Numbered from the stretch's first letter, positions 13,943-28,286 are shown. The stretch is 64,000 nt of DNA from Eledone cirrhosa (GCA_964016885.1 OZ024750.1:40424001-40488000), one strand, 5' to 3'. Notes: generated by a model from the letters alone, not told the origin. Translations and numbers: made by a program.

Positions 13943-14302
13943 TCGAAATATAATACGTGAATGTAATAGATAAAATCCATATAACGAAGGCGTTGTGGTA
14001 AGGAAGCAGATGGACCATAACGCACCAGAGTATTCAATACTTAGTGTAGTAGAGTGGGTAATAGAAAAAAGTATGACCACCACGGCAGAGCTCAAGCCGT
14101 TTCGACGGCTTATTCTGGACGCTGAAATAGACGTCGAAACGGCTTGAGCTCTGCCGTCGGGGTCATACTTTTTCCTATATATATATATATATATATATAT
14201 ACCTCGAGGACGCACCCAAATTTTGACAACTAAAAATTCGGCCACCAGGATGCATGGTAGATTTTTAGGAAAGAAGTAGCGTGTTCGACGTCGGGAAATA
14301 CG

Positions 14303-14427
<125 letters not shown>

Positions 14428-14441
14428 TATACGCACACATG

Positions 14442-14476
<35 letters not shown>

Positions 14477-15579
14477 ATGTGTGTACACACACACATACAT
14501 ATATATATATAATAAAATATATATAAAATATAATAAAATATTCAGTCACCCAATTGGTTATATTTTCAGCCAATCCAATCCACGAAACGAAAGTTACACA
14601 TTATTTAAATACTATGAAAAAAAAAAAAAATAATAATAATTTAAAACTGAATATATCTTAAGTTCCGGTTTAAACTTTTAATTCCCTCGACAGATTGTAA
14701 CTTATTTTCCGTGATTTAAGTTCCGGTAAAAGAATTGACCAATCACGATTGCCGTATTATGGTGATTAATGTCTAGATCTTAAAACGAGCCAGAAAATAT
14801 CTAATAGATATCTTAGGATCAGAGGTGTGTTTTTACTGCTCAGCTAAGATGATACTGACAAACTGAGGGTTGAATTCTGAAGGCCGAAGGTAGGGTTTCA
14901 CTGCTCAGCTAAGATGACACTGACTAACAGACTACTGACAATTTCCTTCGTTTTTGGTTTAGGGAGAAGTATAACGCTTTAAATAAAACTTTTGGAAAGA
15001 CGTCTGAAGTAATTTCGACAAGGATATTTTAACTTTAGGGGTTCTTTGCGGGTAGGAGGGGGGTGGATTGTCGAGATGTTTCCATCGTATGTTGTGGTTT
15101 CCAGGTTCGTTGTATGTACTGCCAGACCTGCCAACTTCTAAAACCCAAACGGGGAGAAATGAGGCAAAATGGGGAGATTTTACATAATGAAATCTATACC
15201 CGTTTTCACAATAGAAGACATCTCTCATCCACCCTAAAGTGGGTGGGAGATCTCCTTGTCGGACAGGAGAGAGTTGATAGGTCTGGTAATGTTTGATGCA
15301 GTCATGTATTATTTGATAGGTTTTAAGGCCATTTTCCTTACCAAAACAGGAACTAACATTGGAGACTCTATAAAAAGGCTTAATACTCACCAAGGAGCTT
15401 TTTTCTGTAATAAAGACAACGGTTAGTTGCCCTTCCTGGCGCCAACGCTTTTAGTCGTCTCATACGACAAAGATATAGTGTATATATTTTAAACGAGATA
15501 ACACAGCAATCTTTCATAAAGTTGATAGTTGGCATTGATTACAACGTGAAACTCTATTGAAAAACTCACATGCTTCAAC

Positions 15580-16125
15580 TATGTACATATATATAATATA
15601 TACATATATATACATAAACATGTACATATATACAATATATGTACATATATACAATATATATGTACATATATACAATATACATGTACATATATATACAATA
15701 TATGTACATATATACAATATATATGTACATATATACAATATATGTACATATAATATATACATATATACAATATATGTACATATATATAATATATACATAT
15801 ATATACATATACATGTACATATATACAATATATGTACATATATACAATATACATGTACATATATACAATATATGTACATATATACAATATATGTACATAT
15901 ATATAATATATACATATATACAATATATGTACATATATATAATATATACATATATACAATATATGTACATATATATAATATATACATATATATATATACA
16001 TGCATATATATATACAATATATACATATATACATATACATATATACATATACATATATGCAATATATATATATATATATGCATGTACATATATACAATAT
16101 ATAATATATGTACATATATATAATA
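15580..16125. repeat. AT-rich compound repeat (tgtacatatatacaatata)n
   Basis: Direct reading. Confidence 0.9.
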
Positions 16126-16574
16126 TAAAAGAGCTGCTGAATTTTTTAATGAGTATTTACCAAACATTTTTGTATATAATTCATATACAGAAGGGGGGAA
16201 AAATTACAGGTAAGAATATCACAGAAAAAGTCACCTTTCTTTTATAAAGGTGGTAAATTGGTATCTTGGACACTACCACGTGGTGTTCAGCACAAGTCTA
16301 TACCAACACCTCTCCAACCTTATAAGTGAAAGTACAAAAACGGTCACGGGGTTGCAGTGAGTCTGTTTTGTAGTTAACCCTTAGGCATTCACATTACTCT
16401 ATATATACTATTATATTTTCATGGTAAAGGCTTTACCTCACATAATATCCCACATAATATCGAATCTATGAGATTTTGAAAGGTGTACATGTCTGGCAGG
16501 TGATTTGATTGAAACTAAAGTAACTACATCAAGGAAGTCATTTTAGTCATTCAAAATAATAATGATATAATAAT

Positions 16575-17400
16575 AATTGTTTCTACTATAGGCACAAGGC
16601 CAGCAATTTGAAGGGGAGGGGAAAGTCGACCCCAGTGTATTACTGGTGCTTTATTTTATCGACCCCGTAAGGAGGAAAGGTAAAGCTAACCTCAGCGGGA
16701 TTTGAACTCAGACCGTAAAAGGCTGTAACTCTATGCCTCAATGCATGGTGTCCGACCCTCTACAGATACTACCAATCCACCGCCCTACTACTATTACTAC
16801 TACTAATAATAAAGATGTCTTTATTAGCCACACAGGGCTCACATTAAGGAAACATTAAAGACGGAACACGATACAGTGTGGCTGGGTGTAAAATAGAATT
16901 TATAAAACAGATTAAGAAAATAAACATCAAAAACAAACAAACATAAATTCCCCAAATGTGAAGAGACTCCAAGGGTCACTCGTGGAGAGAAAGCCCACAT
17001 AAACCAGGGTCACCCAGACAGCTAGGGTAAGCGACCACTCCCAGTTGTCCTCCTTCAATACTACAGGTACACACTCAGTCTAGGTCCATTCACCCGGGAC
17101 ATTCTACTACTAATAATTGTTTCTACTTTTGGCACAAGGCCAGTAATTACTCCAGTACATTACTGGTACTTTATTTTATCGACCCCCTATGGATGAAAGG
17201 CAAAGCTAACCTCGGCAGGATTTGAACTCAGATCATAAAGGGCCGTAACTCTGTGCTGCAACGCATGGTGTCCGACGTTTTATCGATACAATAATAATTG
17301 TTTCTACTTTTGGCACAAGGCCAGCAATTATCCCAGTACATTACTGGTACTTTATTTTATCGACCCCGTAAGGATGAATGGCAAAGTTAACCTCGATACA
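16575..17400 (-). mobile_element. SINE family 1 cluster with an intervening LINE 3'UTR-like piece (16815-17100)
   Basis: SINEs at 16575-16785, 17112-17290, 17292-17395. The middle piece has tttattagccac like the Tx1 3' ends at 35998 and 36961. Confidence 0.75.
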
Positions 17401-17490
17401 ATAATAATAAAACAAAAATCTGTTAAGTTCATTTTCAATTTAATATTTATTTCTTGGTGTCATAATTTTCATCGCACTGTTTGTGACTTG

Positions 17491-17563
17491 GTCACTGACG
17501 TGGTTTCATTGCAACTGATCCGAATCTCTGTTACTGGTTAGTTTTTATAGATCTCAGAGTAAC
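17491..17563 (-). ncRNA. Degenerate hammerhead motif in an old fold-back element (about 17425-17730)
   Basis: gttact-CTGA(-)GA-[decayed stem II]-GAAAC-cac-GTC-agtgac. One core base is missing. Confidence 0.5.
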
Positions 17564-18593
17564 AAAATACATTTACAAAATATAAATAGAATAAAGGTTA
17601 AATAAAAACAAATAGAAATAAATAAATATTTGATAAGAAGTTGTAATGACCACGTCAGTGACCATGTAAAACGAAGAGTAAGACGAAAATCTTGACACAA
17701 AGAAATGAATTATAAATGAAAAGTGATTTTGAATGACTAAAATGACTTCCACGGTGGAATTATTCTCTTTCTTTATTCTGCTATCGTTCCTATAGAAGTG
17801 GAGGCGCGTGGTCTAGTGGGGAGTGTGTTTGTCTTATGATTATAATGTCGTGGGTTCGATTCCTGGACTGGCTTGTTTGTTGTGTTGTTGAGCAAAACAC
17901 TTCATTTCACGTTGCTCCAGTATACTCAGGGGTTAGGCTTGCACTCCCAATCGCGAGGTGGGGTGGCTGATGCAGCAGGTGTCGCTGGCCATTGTCCTCA
18001 GCAGCAATATTTTAGCTCTCTTGTCCGCGGGGCGCAAGGCCATCACCGCCGCACCCTAGACCCAGAGCCCCCCCACACACACACACTTTTCTGTGACACT
18101 AGAATCCTTGCATTTCCATTCATTTTCCTATTTTTTTTATTTTTCTTATTTTACATTCCATTCTTTTTTCTCAATGCAAATATATTTGTCTTTTTCTATT
18201 ATGTAAGATATGAATAATAAAGTGCTTTAGGATTTAGACTTTAGATTCCTATACAATTGACTACTGACCTTAGACTGGTACTTGGTGTCGTCTGCTAAGG
18301 ATATAACTATAAATAGCTATAAGTGGTAGAGAATGGTAGCTGCAAGTTTATTTATATACACGGAATAATAATAATATATGTGTCATGATATTTGAGGATT
18401 TTCTCGTCAAATAATGTCCTACAGTTCTTCTGCAAGTTTTTTTTTAGTTTTTTTTTGTTTTATCTTGTTTCCATTTCCTTATTTACTCTCCTTTATTTTC
18501 CTCTTCTCAATTTCTGTTGCGTATTTTTTTATTAATTTCGTCTATTTCCCGAAAACAAGGAAGTCAATAAAATCTTATATGTGTATATCTATC

Positions 18594-18668
<75 letters not shown>

Positions 18669-18798
18669 TTGTTTTTTTATATATGTGTGTGTATGTGTGG
18701 ATGTATGTATACATGTATTTATGTACACACATACACACACACACATACATACACACACACATACACACACACACACATATATATATACAGATATATAT

Positions 18799-18849
<51 letters not shown>

Positions 18850-18870
18850 CGTATACATGTATACATGTAT

Positions 18871-18907
<37 letters not shown>

Positions 18908-18909
<2 letters not shown>

Positions 18910-19118
18910 GGTAAGTTATTCCGGGTTGAATCGGAGGTGACCACACTAAGTAAGGTACTCAATACATAGCAGAGTATAAAAGTTTTAATATAGATGAGAT
19001 TTTACAGGACTATAACTGTTTCATTCTTTAGAAATCATCAGGAATCTGGCTCAGATTCCTGATGATTTCTAAAGAATGAAACAGTTCTAGTCCTGTAGAA
19101 TTTCATCTATATTAAAAC
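18908..19118. mobile_element. Penelope-like fold-back remnant, family B (also 13252-13371, 49482-49640)
   Basis: Inverted arms containing hammerheads, one-sided extension, (TA)n flanks. Confidence 0.75.
19053..19103 (+). ncRNA. Type-I hammerhead ribozyme motif; inverted copy at 18997-19047
   Basis: agattc-CTGATGA-t-ttc-taaa-gaa-t-GAAAC-ag-ttctagtc-ct-GTA-gaattt. Confidence 0.78.
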
Positions 19119-19140
19119 TATATATATATATATATATATA

Positions 19141-19242
19141 TACGGGGTGTCCAAAAAGTGTATGCACACTTTGATTACCTGAACAGGCAACATTTATTAG
19201 AATGCTGTTGAAGTATGTATACATTTTTGGAGGTACAATGTA
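19141..19242. mobile_element. Small mariner-like MITE in microsatellite
   Basis: tacggggtgtccaaaaagtgtatgca / tgtatacatttttggaggtacaatgta imperfect TIRs. Confidence 0.5.
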
Positions 19243-19243
19243 T

Positions 19244-19276
<33 letters not shown>

Positions 19277-19296
19277 CACACACACACACGCACATA

Positions 19297-19487
19297 ATTA
19301 TTTCTACTTTTGGCACAAGGCCAGCAATTATACCAATGCATTACTGGTACTTTATTTTATCGACCCCGTAAGGATGAAAGGCACAGTTAACCCTGGCGGG
19401 ATTTGAACTCAGACCATAAGGGGCCGTAACTCTTTGCCGCAAAGCATGGCGTCCGACCCTCTACCGATACTGCCAATCCACCGCCCT
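19297..19487 (-). mobile_element. Full-length SINE family 1
   Basis: Complete reverse-complement match from head to tail. Confidence 0.88.
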
Positions 19488-20474
19488 TATAACGACTGCA
19501 TCTCAGTCTCGAGAATTGCCCTGGAAGCCGTAGTGCCAATGCTGCATGCAGGCAGTTCAGGGGTTTGGTCGCCTGGTGTTGACCCGAAGACGATAACATC
19601 ATTCGACACACCCTGAATGACCAAGCAGACTACTATAGGGTCAGAACTGCTTGCTCCGTCTGGCGGGTGTTTAGAGACGTTGGCCTCAACAAAGCTCGCT
19701 CCTACACCACCCAGTTGGCAAACCGCGGTCAACGGGCATCTGTTTATGTCTCATACATGTCGACAAGAATATGACATGTTAGCCCTGACAAGGACCCAGA
19801 TTCCTTTCTGTATATGTTGCAGCGCAAGAAAAAGAAAAAGGACACGTTCACGCAACACACGTGAAAGTTGCTTGAATTAAGTGATGCCTGAGCTTGACGC
19901 TGTTTTAAGTGAAGAAAGGCCTTACACTGGACCAGAGTGATACTTATTCCAAAAGAAGAAAAGTGTAACATTACTGGCTGTCGCGTAGACCTGCCAACCC
20001 CTAAAAGCTCAAACGGGAAGTACCATTTAAAAAAATGTCCCCAAACGGGAAGAAATGAGGCAAAATGGTGAGATTTTACATAAAGCTATACCAATTTTCA
20101 CAAGAAACCCGCCCCAATGGCTATTGCAAATCTCATTTAAACCGGCCGTATCTGGCCAGAATTCTCTCACCTCTTTCTATTCAAATCGGCTGTAATTCAC
20201 CACCCATACTGATGTTAAGGTATAGTTCTCAACATAAATAATATCAAAATCTCGTAGATTCACTATTACGTGAGATATTATGTGAGGTAAAGCCTTTACC
20301 GTGAAAATTCAATAGTATATGTAGAGTAATGTAAATGCTAAAGGTTAACCCTTTACCATTTAAACCGGGCATATTCGGCCAGAATTCTCTCACCTCTTTC
20401 TGTTCAAACCGGCTGTAACTCCCCACTCATACTAATGTTAAGGCATTGTTCTCAACATTAATAATATTAAGATC

Positions 20475-21208
20475 TCGTAGATTCAATATTACGTGAGATG
20501 ATTATGTGAAATAAAGCCTTTACCGTGAAAATGCAATAGTAAATATAGAGTAATGTAAATGTTATGTGAGATATTATGTGAGGTAAAGCCTTTACTGTGA
20601 AAATACAATAGTAAATATAGAGTAATGTAAATGTTATGTGAGATATTATATGAGGTAAAGCCTTTACTGTGAAAATACAATAGTATATATAGAGTAATGT
20701 AAATGATATGTGAGATATTATGTGAGGTAAAGCCTTTACTGTGAAAATACAATAGTAAATATAGAGTAATGTAAATGTTATGTGAGATATTATATGAGGT
20801 AAAGCCTTTACTGTGAAAATACAATAGTATATATAGAGTAATGTAAATGATATGTGAGATATTATGTGAGGTAAAGCCTTTACTGTGAAAATACAATAGT
20901 ATATATAGAGTAATGTAAATGTTATGTGAGATATTATGTGAGGTAAAGCCTTTACTGTGAAAATACAATAGTAAATATAGAGTAATGTAAATGTTATGTG
21001 AGATATTATGTGAGGTAAAGCCTTTACTGTGAAAATACAATAGTATATATAGAGTAATGTAAATGTTATGTGAGATATTATGTGAGGTAAAGCCTTTACT
21101 GTGAAAATGCAATAGTAAATATAGAGTAATGTAAATGTTATGTGAGATATTATGTGAGGTAAAGCCTTTACTGTGAAAATACAATAGTATATATAGAGTA
21201 ATGTAAAT
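20475..21208. repeat. 72-bp minisatellite (about 10 units) derived from a dispersed element
   Basis: Unit contains gtgaggtaaagcctttactgtgaaaatacaatag. Single copies at about 1120-1200, 16378-16480, 22855-23050. Confidence 0.9.
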
Positions 21209-23084
21209 AGTAAAGTGTTATGGCAATGGGAGCCACTCTTGTCTGTAAGTCAACTTCATATATAGTTAAATATTAAAACCACCATTCACGACAAAGTGCT
21301 CAATACATAAAAGCAGAGTGGGTGTGTTCATGTTAAAACACCATGAATCATACAAGATGTGTTTCGTTTCCTTCAATACGGAATTTGTCAAAGAAGCAAA
21401 TACTTTGCCAAATTCCGTATTAAAGGAAACGAGGCAAATTCCTTGCTATCGAATTCATGTTTAGAAATGTTCACTCGGGTGTATAACAAAAATTACAAAA
21501 CCAACACCCTTGTGCCATATTTCTGCTAAATATTTTAAAATATCCATGCTGTAGTGATCAGACACAAACACCCTCTCGGCCCTCTTTCCCTTTATTAGGC
21601 GGAACATTGAGGATGTGACAGCTGGGAGCAGTGAGAGGGAAAGAGAGAGAGAGAGAGAGAGAGAGCTGCCCAAGAACTGGACTGGTATATTTTTTTTCGA
21701 ATCAGAAAATATGAAAGTCAAAGTACCTCGGCTGGATTTGAACGCAGAACTCAAAGACCTCAAACAAATACCCAACGCTCTAAAGACTCTGCCAAATTGA
21801 CAGCATTGTTCCAACTGATATAACCTTCATTTTGTACTGATTGACTAATTTGAACTATGTTGCTATGATTTCGAGAAAGCTGAGTCTATAAGATGAGTTT
21901 AACACTTCAAAGATACTGTGTGGTTGTCAAAGGTTAACTTTTGAACTAACTAGATACAAACGAACACATTGAACTTGTTGTCATTACCTTACATAAAGCA
22001 GGGCAGTGGATTGGCAGAATCGGTAGAGCGTCGGACAACATGCTTTGCACCATAGAGTTACGGTTCTTTATATTCTGGGTTCAAATCCATAATTAGTAGT
22101 TTTAATCGGTCGCCCGGTTTAAAACCTCCACCTGGCTCTTAAATGGTAGACTTAATCTGCCACCCAGTTTAACACCACTACCTGGTCCTTGAGTGGTAGA
22201 TAAGGTACCTTGTGTATGTGAAACGAAAGAATTACGCGCATTGCATTACTTCCATTATTTTGCTAGAAAAATGTTTTGTGGAAAAAACTTTAAGCAAATG
22301 AGTTTAGTCGGGAGACTCACTAGTCAGAAAGCCTGGTCAGGTGGGCCGTCAGTGAGAAAGCCTATTACTCAGGTGGTCTGTCAGTAGAATTAAATGGGTA
22401 TATACGTCAATAAAGAACAGATACAGATGATAAATATGAATTTTCTTCAGTTGCCATCAGTGACAGATTAAACTTGCATGGGGTCTCTGGGTGAAAATTT
22501 CTTCGGGGCTCTTCGTAGCAAAAATTAATTTGGAGCTCTTTAAATACTGTGGGACCACTGTTCACATTCCCACTTTTTTGGGGTCACTGTCCAGGACCCA
22601 TTACCCCCACCCACTTTATCTGACACTGGTTTATCTATGTATAGAGATAAAATATTTCATATTCTTTTTCCAAGAAATCATTTTCACTTTTATTTCTTCG
22701 GAAAACCATTTTCTATTTCTTTTACTAGAAAACAACTTTCACTTTCTGTGGAAAGAGAAACCAATTTCTCGTAAATTAATAATTTACTTTCAAGTTTCTC
22801 TATATATATGTCTCTTGGCACCTTTAATTGATGACAGACGTGGATTTAGCCCTTTATCATTTACATTACTCTATATATACTATTGTATTTTCATGGTAAA
22901 GGCTTTATCTCACACAAAATCTCACATAATATCGAATCTAGGAGATTTTGATGTTATTTATTTTGAGAACAATACCTTAACGTCAGTATGAGCGGTCAGT
23001 TACGGCCAGTTTGAACAGAAAGAAGTAAGAAAATTCTGGCTGGTTTAAATGTTAAAGTGTCAAACCAGGCATGAGCAACCTTTG

Positions 23085-23286
23085 TCGAGCAGTAGGCCGC
23101 ATGGTATGTGGTTCTTCTCGAGCAGTAGGCCGCATGGTATGTGGTTCTTCTCAAGCAGTAGGCCGCATGGTATGTGGTTCTTCTCAAGCAGTAGGCCGCA
23201 TGGTATGTGGTTCTTCTCGAGCAGTAGGCCGCATGGTATGTGGTTCTTCTCAAGCAGTAGGCCGCATGGTATGTGGTTCTTCTCAA
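23085..23286. repeat. 33-bp minisatellite, 6 units
   Basis: tc(g/a)agcagtaggccgcatggtatgtggttcttc repeated. Confidence 0.92.
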
Positions 23287-24520
23287 GGGGATATACACTA
23301 CGAAAAAGAAAAAAAAAATCTGGGGTAATTTTTCGTTAGGGTGTGTCATTCAGAAAGCCAAAGGGGCCGCAATTTAGCCATGACTGGTTTGAATACTACA
23401 AGAACAAAGTTACGTCTAATGTCACGCACTGAGGTTGTTGGTGGAAAGCATGTGGAGCAATTGTTAAATACGGTAAGTTTTATTATACTAATGAGAAGAT
23501 GAGATAAAAATAACTGTACAATATAAATGGCAATAAAGAAACGAAATAGGAAGTGAAGGAAAAAAGGAAAGATGAAAAATAAAACAAAAGAATTTAAGCA
23601 ACAAAAGTAAAGGGAGAGGGAGTGACAGACACTACACCCCCGTCTGAGCTGTATGGAACCATTTTAATGTAAATGAAGGAAGATTAACGATAGGTCATCA
23701 TGAATCTCACCGTTCACATTGTGAAGAAGGTGACTCCTGAAGGACGAAGCAATAAATATATCAAACTGGGAGAAGCTGTACGTGAAGATACAAGAAAAGC
23801 AACTAAATGAGTATTTGATGTGGTGACCTGGGATGGGTGAGGATATCAAGTAGGAGGTGACACAGAACAATATCTAGAGCAGTGTCTAAGTCCCACCAAT
23901 ACTTCGGGTTATCTGACGATATGAGTATATATATGCAACAACACAGCACACTATTTTTCAACCCTATATGCTTTCGCCTTCGCTGTGACCTGCCTTTTTC
24001 TCTTCCCTTACTGCTATCCTCTTTCTTTCTTTCCCCCTTCTCTCCCCTTCTCCCTCTTACTTTCATTCACCCCTTCTGCTAGTCACCCTCTCTCGGCTAG
24101 CCTCTTCCTCACACTTTCACTCACTCATTCTCTGCTACTCACCCTCTCTCTCACTTCCTCCATCGTCCCACACCGTGCGAAATTCTTTCCTCGCTTACCT
24201 TCCCATGGTATTCTCGTCAATATTCGCACGTTCTTATGTTCAAATGAATCATTGACTTGATTTTATCATTTTTTCCTCTCTTTACGTTGCGTCACCATTA
24301 CTGTTTGTTTACCTGTCTCTCTTTCTCCACCCAATTCTTTTTATCCCAATGACTTATTTTAGTTATTGTTCGCGCTAGCCTGAGGTATCTGGTCTTTAAT
24401 GCGAAGAAATACCTATGATGGCTAGTAGACCACTGATGATGGATAGTCCTGGCTTCTATTTCTAATTCTTCATTTTAATTTGTATATCACATTTGCAACA
24501 ACACAATACGCCATTTTTCA

Positions 24521-24578
<58 letters not shown>

Positions 24579-24584
<6 letters not shown>

Positions 24585-25207
24585 TATTGAAGTTTGCTTG
24601 AAGCATTGTGGAACAATAAGTAAATATCTTTCAGTCGTTTGGAAGCCTCGACAATGCAAATGGGTAAATCTCAGGTTAACAAGGTCCGGTGGTGGAGAGA
24701 GAGATGTAAGTGGGTGTACGTTGAGATGCGTAGTGTGTATAAGATGTGTGAGATGTGTAGAATGAAGGGAAGAGTATAAAGGATAAAAATAAGAATGACA
24801 ACACAAGAGAGAGTTACCTTGGGAGAGATTTAATAGTCCCTATATATTTCGGATTCACATCCATCAACTGGGTTTTTTTTCCGGGGTGGGGAAATCAACA
24901 AACAGCGAAAGACGCGTTCCGGATTGTCCGACAGACAACCTTTTCCTCCACCCCGGAAAAAAACCCCAGTTGATGGATGTGAATCCGAAATATATAGGGA
25001 CTATTAAATCTCTCCCAAGGTAACTCTCTCTTGTGTTGTTATTCTTATTTTTATCCTTTATACTCTTCCCTTCATTCTACACATCTCACACATCTTATAC
25101 ACACCACGCATCTCAACGTACACCCACTTACATCTCTCTCTCCACCACCGGACCTTGTTACCCGGAGATTTACCCATTTGCATTGTCGAGGCTTCCAAAC
25201 GACTTAA

Positions 25208-25211
<4 letters not shown>
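24579..25211. mobile_element. Large fold-back element (about 270-bp near-identical inverted arms) between (TA)n tracts
   Basis: 24624-24893 is the reverse complement of about 24942-25211, with a one-sided extension at 24579-24623. Confidence 0.75.
24964..24999 (+). ncRNA. Hammerhead-like motif with non-canonical core (CAGUUGA); mirrored at about 24838-24873
   Basis: ccc-CAGTTGA-t-ggat-gtga-atcc-GAAA-tata-TA-ggg. Confidence 0.5.
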
Positions 25212-25273
<62 letters not shown>

Positions 25274-25278
<5 letters not shown>

Positions 25279-25554
25279 AAGAATGAAGAGTAACGTAGTT
25301 GGCTGTACAACAAGGGGCTTTATTTCAGGTATTGACAATTTAGGTACTGAAATAAAGCCCCTCGTTGTACAGCCAACCATGTTACACTTCATTCTTTCAC
25401 TATTATTACTCCAAGTATAACCTACATAGGAATTCCCGCGAACTCGCTGCCTAACTATGGAAACATCTTGTTGAGTCAAACAAAGCCGTATGTTAAAACT
25501 ATCCACGACACAGAGTACCTCTAACTGGATTACCTATAACGATAACTTGTTACC

Positions 25555-25556
<2 letters not shown>
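25274..25556. mobile_element. Fold-back element with extension between (TA)n tracts
   Basis: tagtgaaagaatgaag...tttatttcag / ctgaaataaa...cttcattctttcacta. Confidence 0.6.
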
Positions 25557-25588
<32 letters not shown>

Positions 25589-25679
25589 AACGGGCGAAGG
25601 ATTCAAGAACACTTTCGTCGATTCAATTTGGATTGCCCCGGGAACGTAACCTTATTATATAAGATGATATATAGAGATA

Positions 25680-25750
25680 TGTCTGATGATGTCATGGCAC
25701 TGGGTACACGGAATCGCGTGGCCACTGTCGTCATTGAAATATGTATCACA
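25680..25750 (+). ncRNA. Minimal type-I hammerhead ribozyme motif
   Basis: tgt-CTGATGA-tgtcatggcactgg..ccactgtcgtcatt-GAAA-tatgta-TC-aca. Confidence 0.7.
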
Positions 25751-25827
25751 GCATTATCATTAAAGGACTTTAACATCTGAAACTACTTCGCATTTTCTTA
25801 TTTTCTCTCTCTCTCTCTCTCTCTGTA

Positions 25828-25866
<39 letters not shown>

Positions 25867-26133
25867 CAGGACCCCAACGGCTGAACTCCGACCGTTTCGA
25901 GAGCTGAGTTCGGATCTAGCTGTCGAAACGGCCGGAGCTCAGCCGTCGGGGTCCTGACTCTTCTCCTATTACCCACTCTACTACTCTAAGTATTGAGTAC
26001 TCTGGTGCGTTATGGTCCACCTGGTATCTTACCACACCTTCTTTATTAGATCCAGATATATATAAAGAGAGATAGAGAGATAGATAGATAGAGAGAGAGA
26101 GAACTACATTCAAAAAGAAGAACCTGTTTCTGG

Positions 26134-26165
<32 letters not shown>

Positions 26166-26436
26166 GTGTCAAAACCAATTCCACTGTTCCACTGTGCCAT
26201 TGTGTCATTGTGCCATTGTCTCACTGTGTCACTGTGTCACTGTACCACTGTCATTGTATCATTGTGACTGTAATTCAAAATGTCCGCCTTATCAGGCCAT
26301 GGTGAGTCACCTCGTGTATTATACTCAGGGTACACGTGTCTGTGTATTATATAAACACATGTTAATTCACAAATACGGCGTTTCGTTGATGGAACGATTG
26401 GCTGTTGATCGTAGCAACTGACGGAGAACCCGCATA

Positions 26437-26438
<2 letters not shown>

Positions 26439-26489
<51 letters not shown>

Positions 26490-27170
26490 TTGCTGCTGCG
26501 GCTGCTACAACAACAATTACCAACACCACCACTATTGTCACCTCCAGCTCCACCACCACCACCACCACCACCACTATTGTCACCTCCACCACCACCACCA
26601 CCACTATTGTCACCTCCACTATTGTCACCTCCACCCCCACCACCACCACTATTGTCACCTCCACCACCACCACCACCACCACCACCACTATTGTCACCTC
26701 CACCACCACCACCACCACCACTATTGTCACCTCCACCTCCACCACCACCACTATTGTCACCTCCACCTCCACCTCCACCTCCACCACCACCACCACTATT
26801 GTCACCTCCACCTCCACCACCACTATTGTCACCTCCACCACCACCACCACCACTATTGTCACCTCCACCTCCACCACCACCACCACTATTGTCACCTCCA
26901 CCACCACCACCACCACTATTGTCACCTCCACCTCCACCTCCACCTCCACCACCACCACCACTATTGTCACCTCCACCTCCACCACCACCACTATTGTCAC
27001 CTCCACCACCTCCACCACCACCACCACCACTATTGTCACTACCACCACCACCACCACCACTATTGTCACCTCCACCACCTCCACCACCACCACCACCACC
27101 ACCACTATCGTCACCTCCACCACCACCACCACCACCACTATTGTCACCTCCACCTCCACCACCTTCACCT
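26439..27170. repeat. Compound (CTA)n/(ACC)n repeat punctuated by actattgtcacctcc
   Basis: Direct reading. Confidence 0.9.
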
Positions 27171-27833
27171 TCGAAATCAAAGCTTTATCTGTTCTAGTTA
27201 TGAAACCAGGACATTATGTTATTTTATAAAAAGCACGTGTTCCTTTTTAATAATTACCTTTATGTTGTTGATTAAAACAAAACAATTATTGGCAAACATC
27301 TGATTATAATTGTTTGTTTGTTTCCCACCTTTATACACCCCTCAGTTACCTGAATATACATCAGTGTAATGAGAATTGGTAGCTTTATTTACAGGTGACA
27401 TTGTCTGAGATAAAAGACAGTGGTGTCATGTCTGTTGATAACAAAGCTGTGACTCTGTACACGTGGTTGGACATGTCGTTAGTTAGTGCTCATAACACAT
27501 CAGTTAATATATACTGTATATATACAATACTTAATGAATGAAATATAAACACATATAATAAATACAATTACAGGCCTGCCAACCTCTAAAATCCCAAACG
27601 CAAGTGAACTATTAAAGTTAACTCTTGCCTTCGTGTCTCCGTGTAAAGAACGCATGCGAGTAACACAGTTTTCCAGGTAAATAAATCTTAGTAAAATCTT
27701 CCACAACGTCTCGTGTGCCAAATGATTTAGAGAGCTCAATAAAGTAGATATATTGTGGCATGTTTTGCTCTCTATACCACACCTGTCAACTTCTAAAAAC
27801 CCAAACGGGGAGTACCATGAAAAAAAGTGCCCC

Positions 27834-28161
27834 AAAATGGGGAGATATGAGGCAAAAATGGGGAGATATGAGGCAAAAATGGGGAGATATGAGGCAAAAA
27901 TGGGGTGATATGAGGCAAAAATGGGGTGATATGAGGCAAAAATGGGGAGATATGAGGCAAAAATTGGGGAGATATGAGGCAAAAATGGGGAGATATGAGG
28001 CAAAAATGGGGTGATATGAGGCAAAAATGGGGTGATATGAGGCAAAAATGGGGAGATATGAGGCAAAAATGGGGAGAAATGAGGCAAAAATGGGGTGATA
28101 TGAGGCAAAAATGGGGAGATATGAGGCAAAATGGGGAGATATGAGGCAAAAATGGGGAGAT
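27834..28161. repeat. 21-bp minisatellite (about 15 units) inside a dispersed MITE-like element (27780-28265)
   Basis: Unit aaaatggggagatatgaggca. Unamplified copies of the element at 15123-15285, 19988-20105, 40186-40282. Confidence 0.9.
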
Positions 28162-28286
28162 TTTACATAATAAAAGCTATACCCATTTTCACAAGAGAAG
28201 ACATTTCTCATTCATCACAAAGTGAGTGAGATATCCCCACCTGACGGGAAGAATTTACTGGTCTGCAATTAATTATTACTAGGAAT

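Noticed and set aside
17800-17870. tRNA genes
   Set aside because: A/B boxes belong to SINE heads that continue into SINE bodies. No complete cloverleaf.
19490-19980. Unique-looking GC-richer segment as a host exon (also 50820-51020)
   Set aside because: No recognisable protein, and stops in the frames I examined. Probably a decayed TE fragment.
26362-27229. Mucin-like poly-Thr, poly-Pro and poly-Val ORFs
   Set aside because: Open in several frames on both strands because it is a trinucleotide-based repeat. No convincing splice or signal context. An exon cannot be fully excluded without RNA data.
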